This document shows positions 7,665 through 18,035 of a stretch of DNA of 64,000 nt, piece after piece. The notes under the pieces are model-generated. The model did no database searches. It worked only from the letters and a program-made list of their open reading frames with translations, and had not been told where the DNA came from. The stretch comes from a virus (lineage: Duplodnaviria; Caudoviricetes): positions 2,630-66,629 of IMG/VR virus record IMGVR_UViG_3300033120_000570. One strand, given 5' to 3'. How positions within the stretch are numbered: the first letter of the stretch is position 1; each line of letters begins with the position of its first letter. The translations under genes and the position numbers were made by a program.

Positions 7665-9916
7665 ATAATTTAAACAAGCATCAAACATCTATTGAACTTT
7701 ATAGAGAGATGCTTGAAAAAAAAGAAATTCCAAAAGAAGTTTATGAGCAATTAATAGAATATATATCTAGTGTAAAATTTATACAAAATTTAATATCTTC
7801 AGAAAAAGAAAGAGGATTTTGTAAAGATAGGCCTAGGGAAAATGAATTTTACAAAGATGGAAGGGTAAGTGTAGATTTAACTAATCCACACATATTAGAA
7901 GATATGGATTACTTTAGACAGCCTGCTATATTTTTTGAAAAGAACGGCAAGTACACTAACATACCTCAAAATTCTAATCCTAAATCAGAGTTTGCTCAAC
8001 ACTGGAAAGATGAACTTTATAAATGGAAACACGGAGTAGTAAGAGAGTCGGACGGAGAATGGATTCCTGGAACTCTATATTTTTACTGGAATTATAGCCC
8101 TATATGGCTCGTAGAAACGGTTGGTTTAAAATCTGAAAATAAAAAAACAAAAGGTGAACGTGTAAAGAAATTTGCTAAGCCATGGCTTGGAGATTATCTA
8201 TATTTTCATTATACACAACAAGCAAAAGATAATGGTCAACATGGTAAAGTGCTCAAGACTAGAGGGATTGGGTTTAGTTTTAAAAATGCTTCTGAGTCTC
8301 CTAGGAATATGTACGTTTATCCAGGCTCAGGAAATCCTAACTTTCATCTTGCATCGGACAAGACGTTTTTATCTGGAGATAAAGGTATATGGGGAAAAAT
8401 TCTTGACACATTAGATTGGATAGGAGAGCATACTCCTTTAGGAAAAAATAGATTAGTGGATGGTAAAAAAGCAATGGAACTACAGCTTGGATACCTAGAC
8501 GAATATGGATTAAGAAAAGGAAACTTATCCTCTATATTTGGAATATCTCTCAAAGACAATCCTGACAAAGCAAGGGGTATTCGCGGACCGTTAATTCATT
8601 ACGAAGAAGATGGTTTATTTAATAATCTTGAAAAAGCTTGGAATGTTAATAGAAAAGCGGTTGAGGATGGTGACGTAGCTTTTGGATTCATGTTAGCTGG
8701 AGGTACTGGAGGTACAATGGGAGCTTCTTTTGCCGGTTCTGAAAAACTATTTTATAAACCAAGCGCTTATAATATATATCCTCTTAAAAATGTTTTTGAT
8801 AAAAATACAAATGGAGAGAGTTCGTGTTCGTTTTTTTGGGGCGCATACTTAAATCGTAATGGTTGTTATGAAGATAAAAATGGAGAACCAGATGTAGTAA
8901 AAGCGTTAGTCGAGATACTAACAGACAGATACTTAGTTAAATACAGTTCTTCTGAATCTACAGCTATTACTCAAAAGAAAGCAGAGGAACCAATAACTCC
9001 TCAAGAAGCTGTGATGAGAACCGAAGGAACTATGTTTCCTGTGTCGGATTTAAAAGAATATCTTGAAAGCATAGCTCCTAAAAAAGAATCGTTTTTAGCA
9101 GAACACTATGTAGGAGAACTTGTTTTAAACAATTCAGGAGATGTGGAATGGCGGCCAAATTCAGATTTAAGTCCGTTAAGATCTTACGATTCTTCTGACA
9201 ATAATAGAACTGGTTGTTTAGAGATATTTGAAATGCCTCGTAAAAATGCTCAAGGAGAAATACAAAGAGGAAGGTATATAGCCGGAATTGACCCTATTGA
9301 CTCTGATACAGGCGGTTCGTTGTTTAGTATTAAAATAATGGATTTATTTGTTGACAGGATTGTTGCTGAATATTCTGGAAGACCAAGACTAGCGAATGAA
9401 GCTTATGAAATAGCATTAAGAACTTTAAGGTTTTATAATGCAGAAGCTAATTACGAATCAAATTTAAAAGGATTGTTTAGTTATTTTGATAGTAAAAACT
9501 GTTTACATTACCTAGCAGACGTACCGCAAGTATTAAAAGATATGGATATGGTTAAAGCTACTAATCTATATGGAAATAAAGCAAAAGGAACTCATGCTAA
9601 TGCAAAAATAAATAGTTGGGGAAGAATGCTTCAGGCCGAATGGATGAAAACAAAAGCTCATGGAGACGATGACGATGAAAGGCTTAACATGCACAGGTTG
9701 AGAAGCATACCTTATGTAGAAGAGTGTATTGCCTGGAATAGCGATGGAAACTTTGATAGGGTTTCTGCGGCAGGCATGCTGTTCATACTTAGAGAAGACA
9801 GGATTAAAAGAACCGCAGTAGCTAAAGGTAATCAAGATAAAAAGATAACAAACGCTTCTGCCGACAACTTTTTTAATAAGAATTATAAACCAATACAAAA
9901 TAACAATTGGCAATAA
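7655..9916 (+). CDS. terL: Terminase large subunit
   Basis: Walker A-like KTRGIGFSFK, Walker B IHYEE, GGTGG, RNase H-like GIDPID, FDRVSA; crAss-type length. Confidence 0.92.
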   Translation: MDLNNLNKHQTSIELYREMLEKKEIPKEVYEQLIEYISSVKFIQNLISSEKERGFCKDRPRENEFYKDGRVSVDLTNPHILEDMDYFRQPAIFFEKNGKYTNIPQNSNPKSEFAQHWKDELYKWKHGVVRESDGEWIPGTLYFYWNYSPIWLVETVGLKSENKKTKGERVKKFAKPWLGDYLYFHYTQQAKDNGQHGKVLKTRGIGFSFKNASESPRNMYVYPGSGNPNFHLASDKTFLSGDKGIWGKILDTLDWIGEHTPLGKNRLVDGKKAMELQLGYLDEYGLRKGNLSSIFGISLKDNPDKARGIRGPLIHYEEDGLFNNLEKAWNVNRKAVEDGDVAFGFMLAGGTGGTMGASFAGSEKLFYKPSAYNIYPLKNVFDKNTNGESSCSFFWGAYLNRNGCYEDKNGEPDVVKALVEILTDRYLVKYSSSESTAITQKKAEEPITPQEAVMRTEGTMFPVSDLKEYLESIAPKKESFLAEHYVGELVLNNSGDVEWRPNSDLSPLRSYDSSDNNRTGCLEIFEMPRKNAQGEIQRGRYIAGIDPIDSDTGGSLFSIKIMDLFVDRIVAEYSGRPRLANEAYEIALRTLRFYNAEANYESNLKGLFSYFDSKNCLHYLADVPQVLKDMDMVKATNLYGNKAKGTHANAKINSWGRMLQAEWMKTKAHGDDDDERLNMHRLRSIPYVEECIAWNSDGNFDRVSAAGMLFILREDRIKRTAVAKGNQDKKITNASADNFFNKNYKPIQNNNWQ

Positions 9917-9994
9917 AATGCTATTACGTAATATAGAAAAATACAAAATAAATCAATATTTATATTGATTATGGATTTATAATTCGTATATTTG
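9913..9994 (+). promoter_or_regulatory. Class II promoter: upstream 23-nt box plus -7 element (portal)
   Basis: ATAAAATGCTATTACGTAATATA at 9913-9935; TATATTTG at 9987. Confidence 0.65.
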
Positions 9995-10031
9995 CTAGTT
10001 AGCAATATAATTATAATTAAATATATAAAAT

Positions 10032-12437
10032 ATGGAAGGTCCAAGAATTAACAATCTAGTCTTACCTAGACAAAGATTACCTTATAGCAAAAAGGACAGA
10101 CAATGGAGAGAAGACAATGTTAATTATGGAGACAGACATTCTTTTTACAACAATGAAAGAGTAAGAAAGAGTCTTCAAAATAAAATAATAAATTTAAATT
10201 TATACAACGGAGTTATTGACATTAGAGATTTAACAAACGTTGTTAATCCAAATCAAATAGACGCTAGCTTCGTTCCTGATAACTTACCTCACCATCCAAT
10301 AATTGTTCCAAAAATAGATCTATTAGTTGGAGAAGAAATTAAAAGAAGATTTGATTGGGCTTGTATAGTTACAAATCCTGATGCAATAACTATGAAAGAA
10401 GAAGATAAAAAGAAATTTTTATTTCAAAAACTTAGTGAAATGTATAGCAGTAACTATTCTGATAAAGAACTAGAGCAAAAACTAAAAGACCTTGAAAAAT
10501 ACATGAAGTATAATTGGCAAGATCTTAGAGAAAAAATGGCTAATCAAATACTTAAGCATTATTCACAAGAGCAAAGATTTGATAAAACATTCTCTGAAGG
10601 GTTTAAGGATGCTTTAATATTTGGAGAAGAAATATATCAGTGTGATATAGTTAACGACGAACCTGTAATGTTTAAGTTAAATCCATTAAAAGTTCATTCT
10701 GTAAAATCTGGTAATTCAGATAAATTAGAAGATTCTTCTATTATAATCATACAAGATCACTGGTCTCCAAACAAAATTATAGACGTATATCATGACGAAC
10801 TAAAACCTGAAGATATAGATTATATAATGGAGTACAGCACTACATCTTCTAAAGGATCTTATTCTGACGATCAGAATAATCATGTATTGTTAAGAGACGC
10901 TTTAAATACAGGTGTTGAAGGAATGTACGACACTATATTTAATTTAGCTGAATTAAATGGTCATTTCTTTGGATCAAACTATACTGATGATACCGGAAAC
11001 ATAAGAGTATTTAAATTGTTTTGGAAATCTATTAAGTTGATAAAACAAGTAAAATATTATGACGAAATGGGTGAAGAGCAATATAAAATTGCTTCAGAAG
11101 AATATATAGCTGATAAAGATAGAGGTGAAGAAATTAAAGAAATGTGGGTTAATGAATTTTGGGAAGGCGTAAAAATAGGTAAAGATATTTACTTAAACAT
11201 AAAACCTAGAAAGATTCAGTATAACAAGGTACATAATCCTTCTTATTGTCATGCCGGTATAATAGGTCAAATATATAACACTAATCAATCAAAAGCTGTA
11301 TCGTTAGTTGACAGATGTAAAAACTATCAGTATATGTATGATGTACTATGGGATAGATTAAATAAAGCTATATCCACTAATTACGGTAAGATATTTGAAT
11401 TAGATATTGCTAAAGTGCCAGAAAACTGGGAAGTTGAAAAATGGATGCACTTTGCTGTTGTTAATAAAATAGCTGTAATAGATTCATTCAAAGAAGGTAA
11501 TCAAGGAGCTTCTACTGGTAAACTAGCAGGGTCAATGAATACTCAAGGAGGTCGTGTTATGGATATGGAAACAGGATCTTATATTCAACAACACATACAG
11601 TTATTAGAGTTTATCAAAATGGAAATGGGCGAAATCGCTGGCGTTTCTGCTCAACGTCAAGGTCAAATAGAAAACAGAGAAACTGTTGGCGGTGTAGAAA
11701 GATCTGTAAATCAATCATCACACATTACTGAATATTGGTTTATGCAACACGAGCAATGTAAAATACGTGTTCTTGAATGCTTTTTAGAAACAGCTAAAGT
11801 TGCTTTAAAAGGAAAAAACCTTAAAGTTCAAAACATACTTGACGATCAGTCTGTTGAAATATTGAACATAGAAGGAGAAACTTTTTCTGAAAACGATTAT
11901 GGCTTAGTAATAACTTCTAGCTCTAAAACGGCTGAACTAGAGCAAATGATAAAATCAAACGCTCAAGCATTTATACAAAATGGAGGGTCCTTATCTACTA
12001 TAATGGATATTTATTTTAGTCCTTCGTTGTCTGACATGAGAAGAAGATTAGAAGATGCTGAAGAACAATTACATCAACGTCAATCAGAAGCTTCACAACA
12101 GGCTAATGAAACTCAGCAAGCTGCAAACAAAGCCTCTCAAGAATTAGAGATTCAAAAACTTCAATTAGAAGATACTATATCTCAAAGGGAAGACGCTACT
12201 AAACGATATGTAGCTGAGCTTGCAAAGTCTATAGGAGAAAGTGACGCTGTTGATTCTGAAGACGGAATTGAAAACCCTTTAGAAAGAGATAAGTTTAACT
12301 TAGATATAGAAAAAGCAAAAGCCGATCAAGTAGCTAAAATGAAGTCTTTAGATCAAGATATGATTAAGCATAAAGACCAAATGAAAGCTAAGGAAGTAGA
12401 TCAATCTATAAATAGAATAAAAAAGAAGTCTACATAA
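10032..12437 (+). CDS. Portal protein
   Basis: 801 aa directly after TerL; LPRQRLPYSKK N-terminus, PKIDLLVGEE, GVSAQRQGQI..ETVGGVERSV crAss-type portal motifs, coiled-coil C-terminus. Confidence 0.9.
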   Translation: MEGPRINNLVLPRQRLPYSKKDRQWREDNVNYGDRHSFYNNERVRKSLQNKIINLNLYNGVIDIRDLTNVVNPNQIDASFVPDNLPHHPIIVPKIDLLVGEEIKRRFDWACIVTNPDAITMKEEDKKKFLFQKLSEMYSSNYSDKELEQKLKDLEKYMKYNWQDLREKMANQILKHYSQEQRFDKTFSEGFKDALIFGEEIYQCDIVNDEPVMFKLNPLKVHSVKSGNSDKLEDSSIIIIQDHWSPNKIIDVYHDELKPEDIDYIMEYSTTSSKGSYSDDQNNHVLLRDALNTGVEGMYDTIFNLAELNGHFFGSNYTDDTGNIRVFKLFWKSIKLIKQVKYYDEMGEEQYKIASEEYIADKDRGEEIKEMWVNEFWEGVKIGKDIYLNIKPRKIQYNKVHNPSYCHAGIIGQIYNTNQSKAVSLVDRCKNYQYMYDVLWDRLNKAISTNYGKIFELDIAKVPENWEVEKWMHFAVVNKIAVIDSFKEGNQGASTGKLAGSMNTQGGRVMDMETGSYIQQHIQLLEFIKMEMGEIAGVSAQRQGQIENRETVGGVERSVNQSSHITEYWFMQHEQCKIRVLECFLETAKVALKGKNLKVQNILDDQSVEILNIEGETFSENDYGLVITSSSKTAELEQMIKSNAQAFIQNGGSLSTIMDIYFSPSLSDMRRRLEDAEEQLHQRQSEASQQANETQQAANKASQELEIQKLQLEDTISQREDATKRYVAELAKSIGESDAVDSEDGIENPLERDKFNLDIEKAKADQVAKMKSLDQDMIKHKDQMKAKEVDQSINRIKKKST

Positions 12438-12443
12438 ATTAGC

Positions 12444-12525
12444 ATAAAATGCTATTACTTAATATAAAATAATTAAAAATAAATTAACTTTTTATTGTAT
12501 TTAACATATAAAAAGATTATATTTG
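12444..12525 (+). promoter_or_regulatory. Class II promoter: upstream 23-nt box plus -7 element (scaffold/MCP operon)
   Basis: ATAAAATGCTATTACTTAATATA at 12444-12466; TATATTTG at 12518. Confidence 0.65.
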
Positions 12526-12553
12526 TACTTTATAAATTAAACGGGGAGAAATA

Positions 12554-13639
12554 ATGGAAGGAAATGAACAAACAATGGATATATTTGGTTCCGGAATGGA
12601 ATTAAATTTAGACTATAATAACTATGAACAAGATTTTGATACCGACCCGTCCGACAGTAGTATTGAGGACGGAGACGGAGATACAGATTTAGAAAAAAAT
12701 AACCCTATTGAGGAGAATGATCCGGAGAGCGTAGATGGGGAAGAAGACGAAAATAACGAAGAGGATGAGTCTGATGTAGATTCTTCTCCCAACTTGTATT
12801 CTTCCATCTCAAATGTTCTTTTTGAACAAGGAATCATTCCTTCGTTAGAGTCTTCTGAAAACATTAAGACATCTGATGATTTTGTAAATGCTCTTAAAAA
12901 AGAGATAGACGTTCAGACAGCAAATAAGCTTGAAGAATATTTACAAAATTTAGATCTTAATAAAATTGCAGTTTCTAGAAAAACTCAACTAGAGTTGTCT
13001 AACATTGATGAAGATTATTTAAAAGATAATCTAGATGTAGCTAAAGACATAATATTTAGAGATTACATTAATCAAGGCCTTTCAGAAGAGAGAGCTACGA
13101 AGTTACTTAGAAAGACGATTGACTTAGGTGAAGATATGGTTATTGAAGATGCTCTTGAATCAGCTCAAAGTTTAAAAGAATTTGAAGCAAGATCAGAACA
13201 ACAAGAAAGAGTCAGATATACTCAACAATTAGCTGAGCAAGCTGCTGAACAGGAAAATATTAATAATGCTATTAAGAATACTATATATAGTTCTAAAGAA
13301 GTAATTAATGGATTGCCTAACACAAAAGCTTTACAGGACAGGGTCTTTAAAAGCATGACTGAAGTCGTTTCTAAAAATCCAACTACAGGAGAAATGCAAA
13401 ATAAATTCATGCAAAGCAGATCTGCTAATCCGATAGAGTTTGATACAAAGATGTATTATCTTTACGAACTAACTAATGGATTTAACGATTTGTCTAGCAT
13501 ATCAAAAACAGTAACTTCTAAAGCTGTAAAAAATTTAGAAAAAGTGCTTAGAAAAACAAGATTTGAAGATAACGGCACTCCTGATTATCTACAAGATCCG
13601 CCAAGTTATGGAGGTATTGGGACAGAACTTGTTTACTAA
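12554..13639 (+). CDS. Putative capsid scaffolding/assembly protein
   Basis: Very acidic N-terminus, coiled-coil core, located between portal and MCP as in crAss-like phages. Confidence 0.6.
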   Translation: MEGNEQTMDIFGSGMELNLDYNNYEQDFDTDPSDSSIEDGDGDTDLEKNNPIEENDPESVDGEEDENNEEDESDVDSSPNLYSSISNVLFEQGIIPSLESSENIKTSDDFVNALKKEIDVQTANKLEEYLQNLDLNKIAVSRKTQLELSNIDEDYLKDNLDVAKDIIFRDYINQGLSEERATKLLRKTIDLGEDMVIEDALESAQSLKEFEARSEQQERVRYTQQLAEQAAEQENINNAIKNTIYSSKEVINGLPNTKALQDRVFKSMTEVVSKNPTTGEMQNKFMQSRSANPIEFDTKMYYLYELTNGFNDLSSISKTVTSKAVKNLEKVLRKTRFEDNGTPDYLQDPPSYGGIGTELVY

Positions 13640-13674
13640 GTAAAAACAATATTAATAATTAAAACAAAAAAACT

Positions 13675-15180
13675 ATGTCTTTAGGGAAGTTTGTAATGAC
13701 CAAAGGTAAAGCTTGGTCTGGCTTGACGCTAAAAAATCACATCGGTGCTATCTTCGGATCTCAACCACAATTAGTATCACCGTTAACAACCGTGTTGCTT
13801 CAAAGTTCAGGAATGAAAAACTTAGATACAACTTTGTCTTTGTTCCCTGAAAAAGTATTAAATACCGCAGATGACTTTGTTTGGAAAGTTGTTGGTTCTG
13901 ACGAGAGAAACATTCCTCTTGTTGAAGCTAGAGCTTTTGGAGCGGTAGTTGATACAAATACTGTAGGCGTTGGTATTGCTCGTAGTAAATTCGAGTTGGT
14001 ATTTGCTGAAAAATGGTTTACTGCAATGCACGTAATTGCAGGTCCTCGTCCAGATGTTTATCAAATAAGAATTACTGAAGAGCCTTATGAAGAAGGTTCT
14101 AATTATGTTTACTCATGTGAAGCATGGGGTGGACAAGAATCATTAGCTGGTATTCCTGGAGATGAGCTTTTACCTGGAAACAGATTCAGTATTGAATCTG
14201 CTTACACAGAAGACGAGCTTTCTACAAGAGGTGCTGGTATTCAATTTACTTCTCCTTATTTAATGAGAAATTCAATCTCTACACTTCGTATGGAACACAA
14301 GGTTTCTGGAGCTATGATTGATGTTAAAGTTGAGCCTGTATATTTTGCAGGTATTGAAACTCGTGATCCAAATACAGGAAAAGTACATAAATCAACAACT
14401 TGGATGCAAGAGGTTTACTGGCAGTTTGAAAAAGCATTGTCACGTATCAAATCTCGTACCATTATGTTTGGAAAAACTAACCGTGATGAAAATGGTCGTT
14501 TCTTGAACAAAGGGGCTTCTAATATTGAAATTAAAGCCGGTTCAGGAATTCGTGAGCAAATGGAAGTATCTAATACTATTTCTTACAACAGATTCTCAAT
14601 GCGTCTTTTGGAAGACGTTCTTTCTGAGTTATCAGAAGGTAAATTGGATTTTGACGAAAGAAAATTCATGCTACGTACAGGAGAAAGAGGTGCTGCTCAA
14701 TTTAACAGAGCCGCAACTGCTGCTGCGTCAGGATGGAAATCAATGTTCGATAATACTAATCAAAATGCAATTAAAGGAGTTTCTTCTAAATTCCATGACA
14801 ATTCATTCCAAGGAGGATTCCAATTCACGGAATGGAGAGCTCCTAATAATATTCATATTATGTTGGAAGTTGATCCAATGTATGATGATAAAGTTCGTAA
14901 CAAAATTCTTCATCCAGATGGAGGGGTTGCTGAATCTTACAGATATGATATCTTGTATATCGGATCTATGGAAGAGCCAAATATCCAAAAAATCAAAGTA
15001 CGTGGTGATGATGAGTTAAGAGGTTATATGGCAGGTATTCGTGATCCTTTCTCTGGACGTAGAGGAGGAATCATGCAGTTGATGGAAGACTCAGCTACAA
15101 TGACTGCTATGTGCGGAACAGGAGCGATGGTAAAAGATCCTTCTCGTACAGCTTCATTAATTCCTGCATTGTTAGGATAA
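13675..15180 (+). CDS. Major capsid protein (HK97 fold, crAss type)
   Basis: 501 aa; WSGLTLKNHIGAIFG N-terminus; highly-expressed codon usage; position; followed by terminator. Confidence 0.9.
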   Translation: MSLGKFVMTKGKAWSGLTLKNHIGAIFGSQPQLVSPLTTVLLQSSGMKNLDTTLSLFPEKVLNTADDFVWKVVGSDERNIPLVEARAFGAVVDTNTVGVGIARSKFELVFAEKWFTAMHVIAGPRPDVYQIRITEEPYEEGSNYVYSCEAWGGQESLAGIPGDELLPGNRFSIESAYTEDELSTRGAGIQFTSPYLMRNSISTLRMEHKVSGAMIDVKVEPVYFAGIETRDPNTGKVHKSTTWMQEVYWQFEKALSRIKSRTIMFGKTNRDENGRFLNKGASNIEIKAGSGIREQMEVSNTISYNRFSMRLLEDVLSELSEGKLDFDERKFMLRTGERGAAQFNRAATAAASGWKSMFDNTNQNAIKGVSSKFHDNSFQGGFQFTEWRAPNNIHIMLEVDPMYDDKVRNKILHPDGGVAESYRYDILYIGSMEEPNIQKIKVRGDDELRGYMAGIRDPFSGRRGGIMQLMEDSATMTAMCGTGAMVKDPSRTASLIPALLG

Positions 15181-15253
15181 TATTAAAACAGAACTTAGTC
15201 TAGACAATCTGAAAAGATAGGACGAGAGTTTAGACAGTTTTATAAAGGCTTTT

Positions 15254-15285
15254 AAGGGTGTGCCTAAAACACCCTTTATTTTTTT
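15254..15285 (+). terminator. Intrinsic terminator after MCP
   Basis: AAGGGTGT-GCCTAAA-ACACCCTT then TATTTTTTT. Confidence 0.8.
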
Positions 15286-15308
15286 AAAAACTAAAAGGGA
15301 GAATTATA

Positions 15309-16160
15309 ATGGAAGTAAAAGAAAGTAAGTTTACATTACCTGAAACAGTTGTTACGGTAAAGTATATTAAAAGAAAAAAAGGTATGGCATCTAACGTTGG
15401 TGAAGATCACGTTATATCTGGAGGGATGCTTAATGGTTCAGTGAAGAAATTTCAAGCTCCATTACTAAAAAACAATTCTATAGCCAATGTATTGACTAAG
15501 GAAGAAAAAGAATATCTAGAAAGCACTACAGGATTGGATCTTTCTGTTTATGGAGACTTTTGGTATGATCACCAAGTGTCTTTGTATAAGGATGATAATT
15601 TACTTAATTTAAGTAATCCAATAGATTATATCTCTTACAAAATACTTACGTATTTAAAAAATGATATAGCGCCAAGCTGGGCTGAAAGAAATTTAAAACA
15701 AACTTATCAATTTGTAATAACTTCTGCCGATGAAGAGTTGACAGAAAAGAAAGCTGGATTTGATAATAAAAAAGAAGCTTTTAAACTTTACGGAAAAATT
15801 GAAGAAGATAAAGATAAGTTAATTGGTATTCTAGCAATACTTACTAACAAACCAATTTCAAAAGAAACTACTTTAAAATGGATACAAACTAAAGTAGAAC
15901 AGTTTATCGATGAAAAACCAGAATCATTTGTAATTTTAATGAAAGACAAATCGTTAGATACAAAATTCTTAATTAACGATGCTGTTGAAAAAGGAGTTAT
16001 CATTAAAACAGGAAATAAGTATTCTACTAATGACGGTTTAGACTTATGTGAAAATAGTCAAATACCAACATTTGAAAATGCTATTACATATATAGATAAT
16101 CCAAAACACCAAGACGTAAGATCTTTTATAGAGGCTAAATTGCTTGGTAATAAAAAATAA
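15309..16160 (+). CDS. Conserved crAss-like post-MCP protein
   Basis: 283 aa in conserved position; LNLSNPIDYISYKIL-type motif. Confidence 0.65.
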   Translation: MEVKESKFTLPETVVTVKYIKRKKGMASNVGEDHVISGGMLNGSVKKFQAPLLKNNSIANVLTKEEKEYLESTTGLDLSVYGDFWYDHQVSLYKDDNLLNLSNPIDYISYKILTYLKNDIAPSWAERNLKQTYQFVITSADEELTEKKAGFDNKKEAFKLYGKIEEDKDKLIGILAILTNKPISKETTLKWIQTKVEQFIDEKPESFVILMKDKSLDTKFLINDAVEKGVIIKTGNKYSTNDGLDLCENSQIPTFENAITYIDNPKHQDVRSFIEAKLLGNKK

Positions 16161-16166
16161 TAATAA

Positions 16167-16904
16167 TTGACAACACAAGAACTAAAGAATGAATTTTTAA
16201 TTCATTATAACGCAATAGCTACTAATTCCGCTCCTGGTCTTGACGACTACGAGATAAGCGTCTTCTTAACTAAAGCGCAATTAGAATTAGTTAAAAATTA
16301 TTATAATCCAGACGGAAATAAGTATAAAAAAGGATTTGAGAATTCAGAAAAAAGAAGAGTTGATTTAAAGGAACTTGTCAAAGATAACAAGTCTACACAA
16401 ATTGTAACTTCAACATCTAAGCTACACAAAGATTCTAAATTTTTTAAAATACCTGACGATGTCTTTCTTATTGTTTATGACGAAGCTACAATATCTAGTA
16501 CAGATTGCTATAACGGAAACGTTCTAAATGTAATAGTAAAAACGCATGATGAATTTACAATACAAATAAATAATCCTTTTAAAAAGCCTGACAGCTCAAC
16601 TGTTTGGAGAATTGATATTTCTAAAATAGGAGCAGATAGAGTAGTGGAACTAATAAGCCCATATACAATAGCTGAGTATCATTTAAGATATATAATGTTC
16701 CCTCCACCAATTATTATCTCTACACTGTCTTCAACATTTCCTGGAGAAGGATTAAGCATAGACGGAGTTACTACAGCTCAAACATGTGTGTTAGACAAGG
16801 AGTTTCATAGAGAAATAATAGATAGAGCTGTTGAATTAGCTTTAAGGGATTATAAACCGTCTAATTTAGAAAGTAAGGTTCAATTAGATCAACGAAACGA
16901 ATAA
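16167..16904 (+). CDS. Tail ring / head-tail connector protein
   Basis: TTG start; EISVFLTKAQ and CVLDKEFHREIIDRAVELA motifs typical of crAss ring proteins. Confidence 0.7.
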   Translation: MTTQELKNEFLIHYNAIATNSAPGLDDYEISVFLTKAQLELVKNYYNPDGNKYKKGFENSEKRRVDLKELVKDNKSTQIVTSTSKLHKDSKFFKIPDDVFLIVYDEATISSTDCYNGNVLNVIVKTHDEFTIQINNPFKKPDSSTVWRIDISKIGADRVVELISPYTIAEYHLRYIMFPPPIIISTLSSTFPGEGLSIDGVTTAQTCVLDKEFHREIIDRAVELALRDYKPSNLESKVQLDQRNE

Positions 16905-16924
16905 TAATAAATAAAATATAAATT

Positions 16925-17932
16925 ATGTACGGACCAAATCAAGTTGGTGAATTAATTATAGGTAATGCTGTAGCGTCACAAACAACAGCAAAAACGTTTA
17001 TAGCATCAGCTGCTGATAAACAAATAAAAGCTCTTTCTGAATCTGGAATAATTGTTTCAGACGGAACTCCTTTTAATTTCCTTCAAAAAACATCAGGCGA
17101 TGCTTCTAAAGGACTTAACTATGAGTTTTCTGACGTTATTGATCCATCTAAAATAGATAAAGTTACATTAAAAGCTTATGCTGCTGAAGTTCAAAAAGTA
17201 AATACAATTACAGTCGGAACAGCTACTGCTAATACAACTTACGAAATTGAAGTTAGATTGTATAATGATGGAGGTTCTTTATCTCCTGAAAATTTTGCAA
17301 TTATCCAAGGATTTTACGTAACTGGAGTATCTGCAGAAACAACTACTGCTATTAAAGACGGATTACTTCTTTCTTTACAAAAAAACCTTATTAAAAGAGG
17401 TAATTTTGAATTAGATGTAGTGTCTACAGGAGCTTCAACTTTTACTATAACAAGTAAAGTTCAAAAAGTCGTTGCTGGTAAATTAATTGGAAAACAAATA
17501 GAATTTGATGTATTAGGAAAATCTTATTCAAATACTTACGACACTACTCAACCATCTATAAACGGAGGTTTGGTAACTGTAGCGTTAACTACTGCTGCGT
17601 TTCCTGGATCAGGAACTGGTAAATTTGCAGTTAATTTCGAATGGTTTGTTAAAGGAATGAAATATGAAGTTTATCGTCAAACGGGTTATCCTGCTGACTT
17701 TGGAACTCCTTATTACGCTTCTGCGGCCGGAGTTTACAATGTAATTCAAATTAGATATTACTCAGAAAGAAAACAAACTTCAATCGAACGTCAATATAAA
17801 GTACTTACTATCTTAGTAGATAAAGTTACTGATACACCTGCAAACAATGCAGCTACTAACTCAGTTCTTGCTGACTTACGTACGGCAATTGGAACAAGAG
17901 CTTCTGTACCTGCTAACTTAGCTGTAGTATAA
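16925..17932 (+). CDS. Auxiliary capsid / abundant structural protein
   Basis: beta-rich, Thr/Ala-rich 335 aa followed by strong terminator; position as in crAss-like phages. Confidence 0.6.
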   Translation: MYGPNQVGELIIGNAVASQTTAKTFIASAADKQIKALSESGIIVSDGTPFNFLQKTSGDASKGLNYEFSDVIDPSKIDKVTLKAYAAEVQKVNTITVGTATANTTYEIEVRLYNDGGSLSPENFAIIQGFYVTGVSAETTTAIKDGLLLSLQKNLIKRGNFELDVVSTGASTFTITSKVQKVVAGKLIGKQIEFDVLGKSYSNTYDTTQPSINGGLVTVALTTAAFPGSGTGKFAVNFEWFVKGMKYEVYRQTGYPADFGTPYYASAAGVYNVIQIRYYSERKQTSIERQYKVLTILVDKVTDTPANNAATNSVLADLRTAIGTRASVPANLAVV

Positions 17933-17951
17933 TATTAAAATAACAATACCT

Positions 17952-17992
17952 AAAAGGGAGAGAGATATAAAAAACTCTCTTCCTTTTTTTTT
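17952..17992 (+). terminator. Intrinsic terminator
   Basis: AAAAGGGAGAGAG...CTCTCTTCCTTTT with T-run. Confidence 0.8.
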
Positions 17993-18035
17993 GCACAAAT
18001 ATGAAATACTCAAATAATAATTTAAATATAATAAT

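Noticed and set aside
14318-15019. Alternative-frame ORFs (62 and 164 aa) inside MCP, possible frameshift product
   Set aside because: They end before the MCP stop so cannot give a C-terminal extension; sequence is not protein-like and is explained by biased codon usage.
7655-15180. Group I introns or inteins in terL, portal, MCP or RNAP
   Set aside because: ORFs are uninterrupted and of typical length; no intein Cys/His-Asn splice motifs seen.
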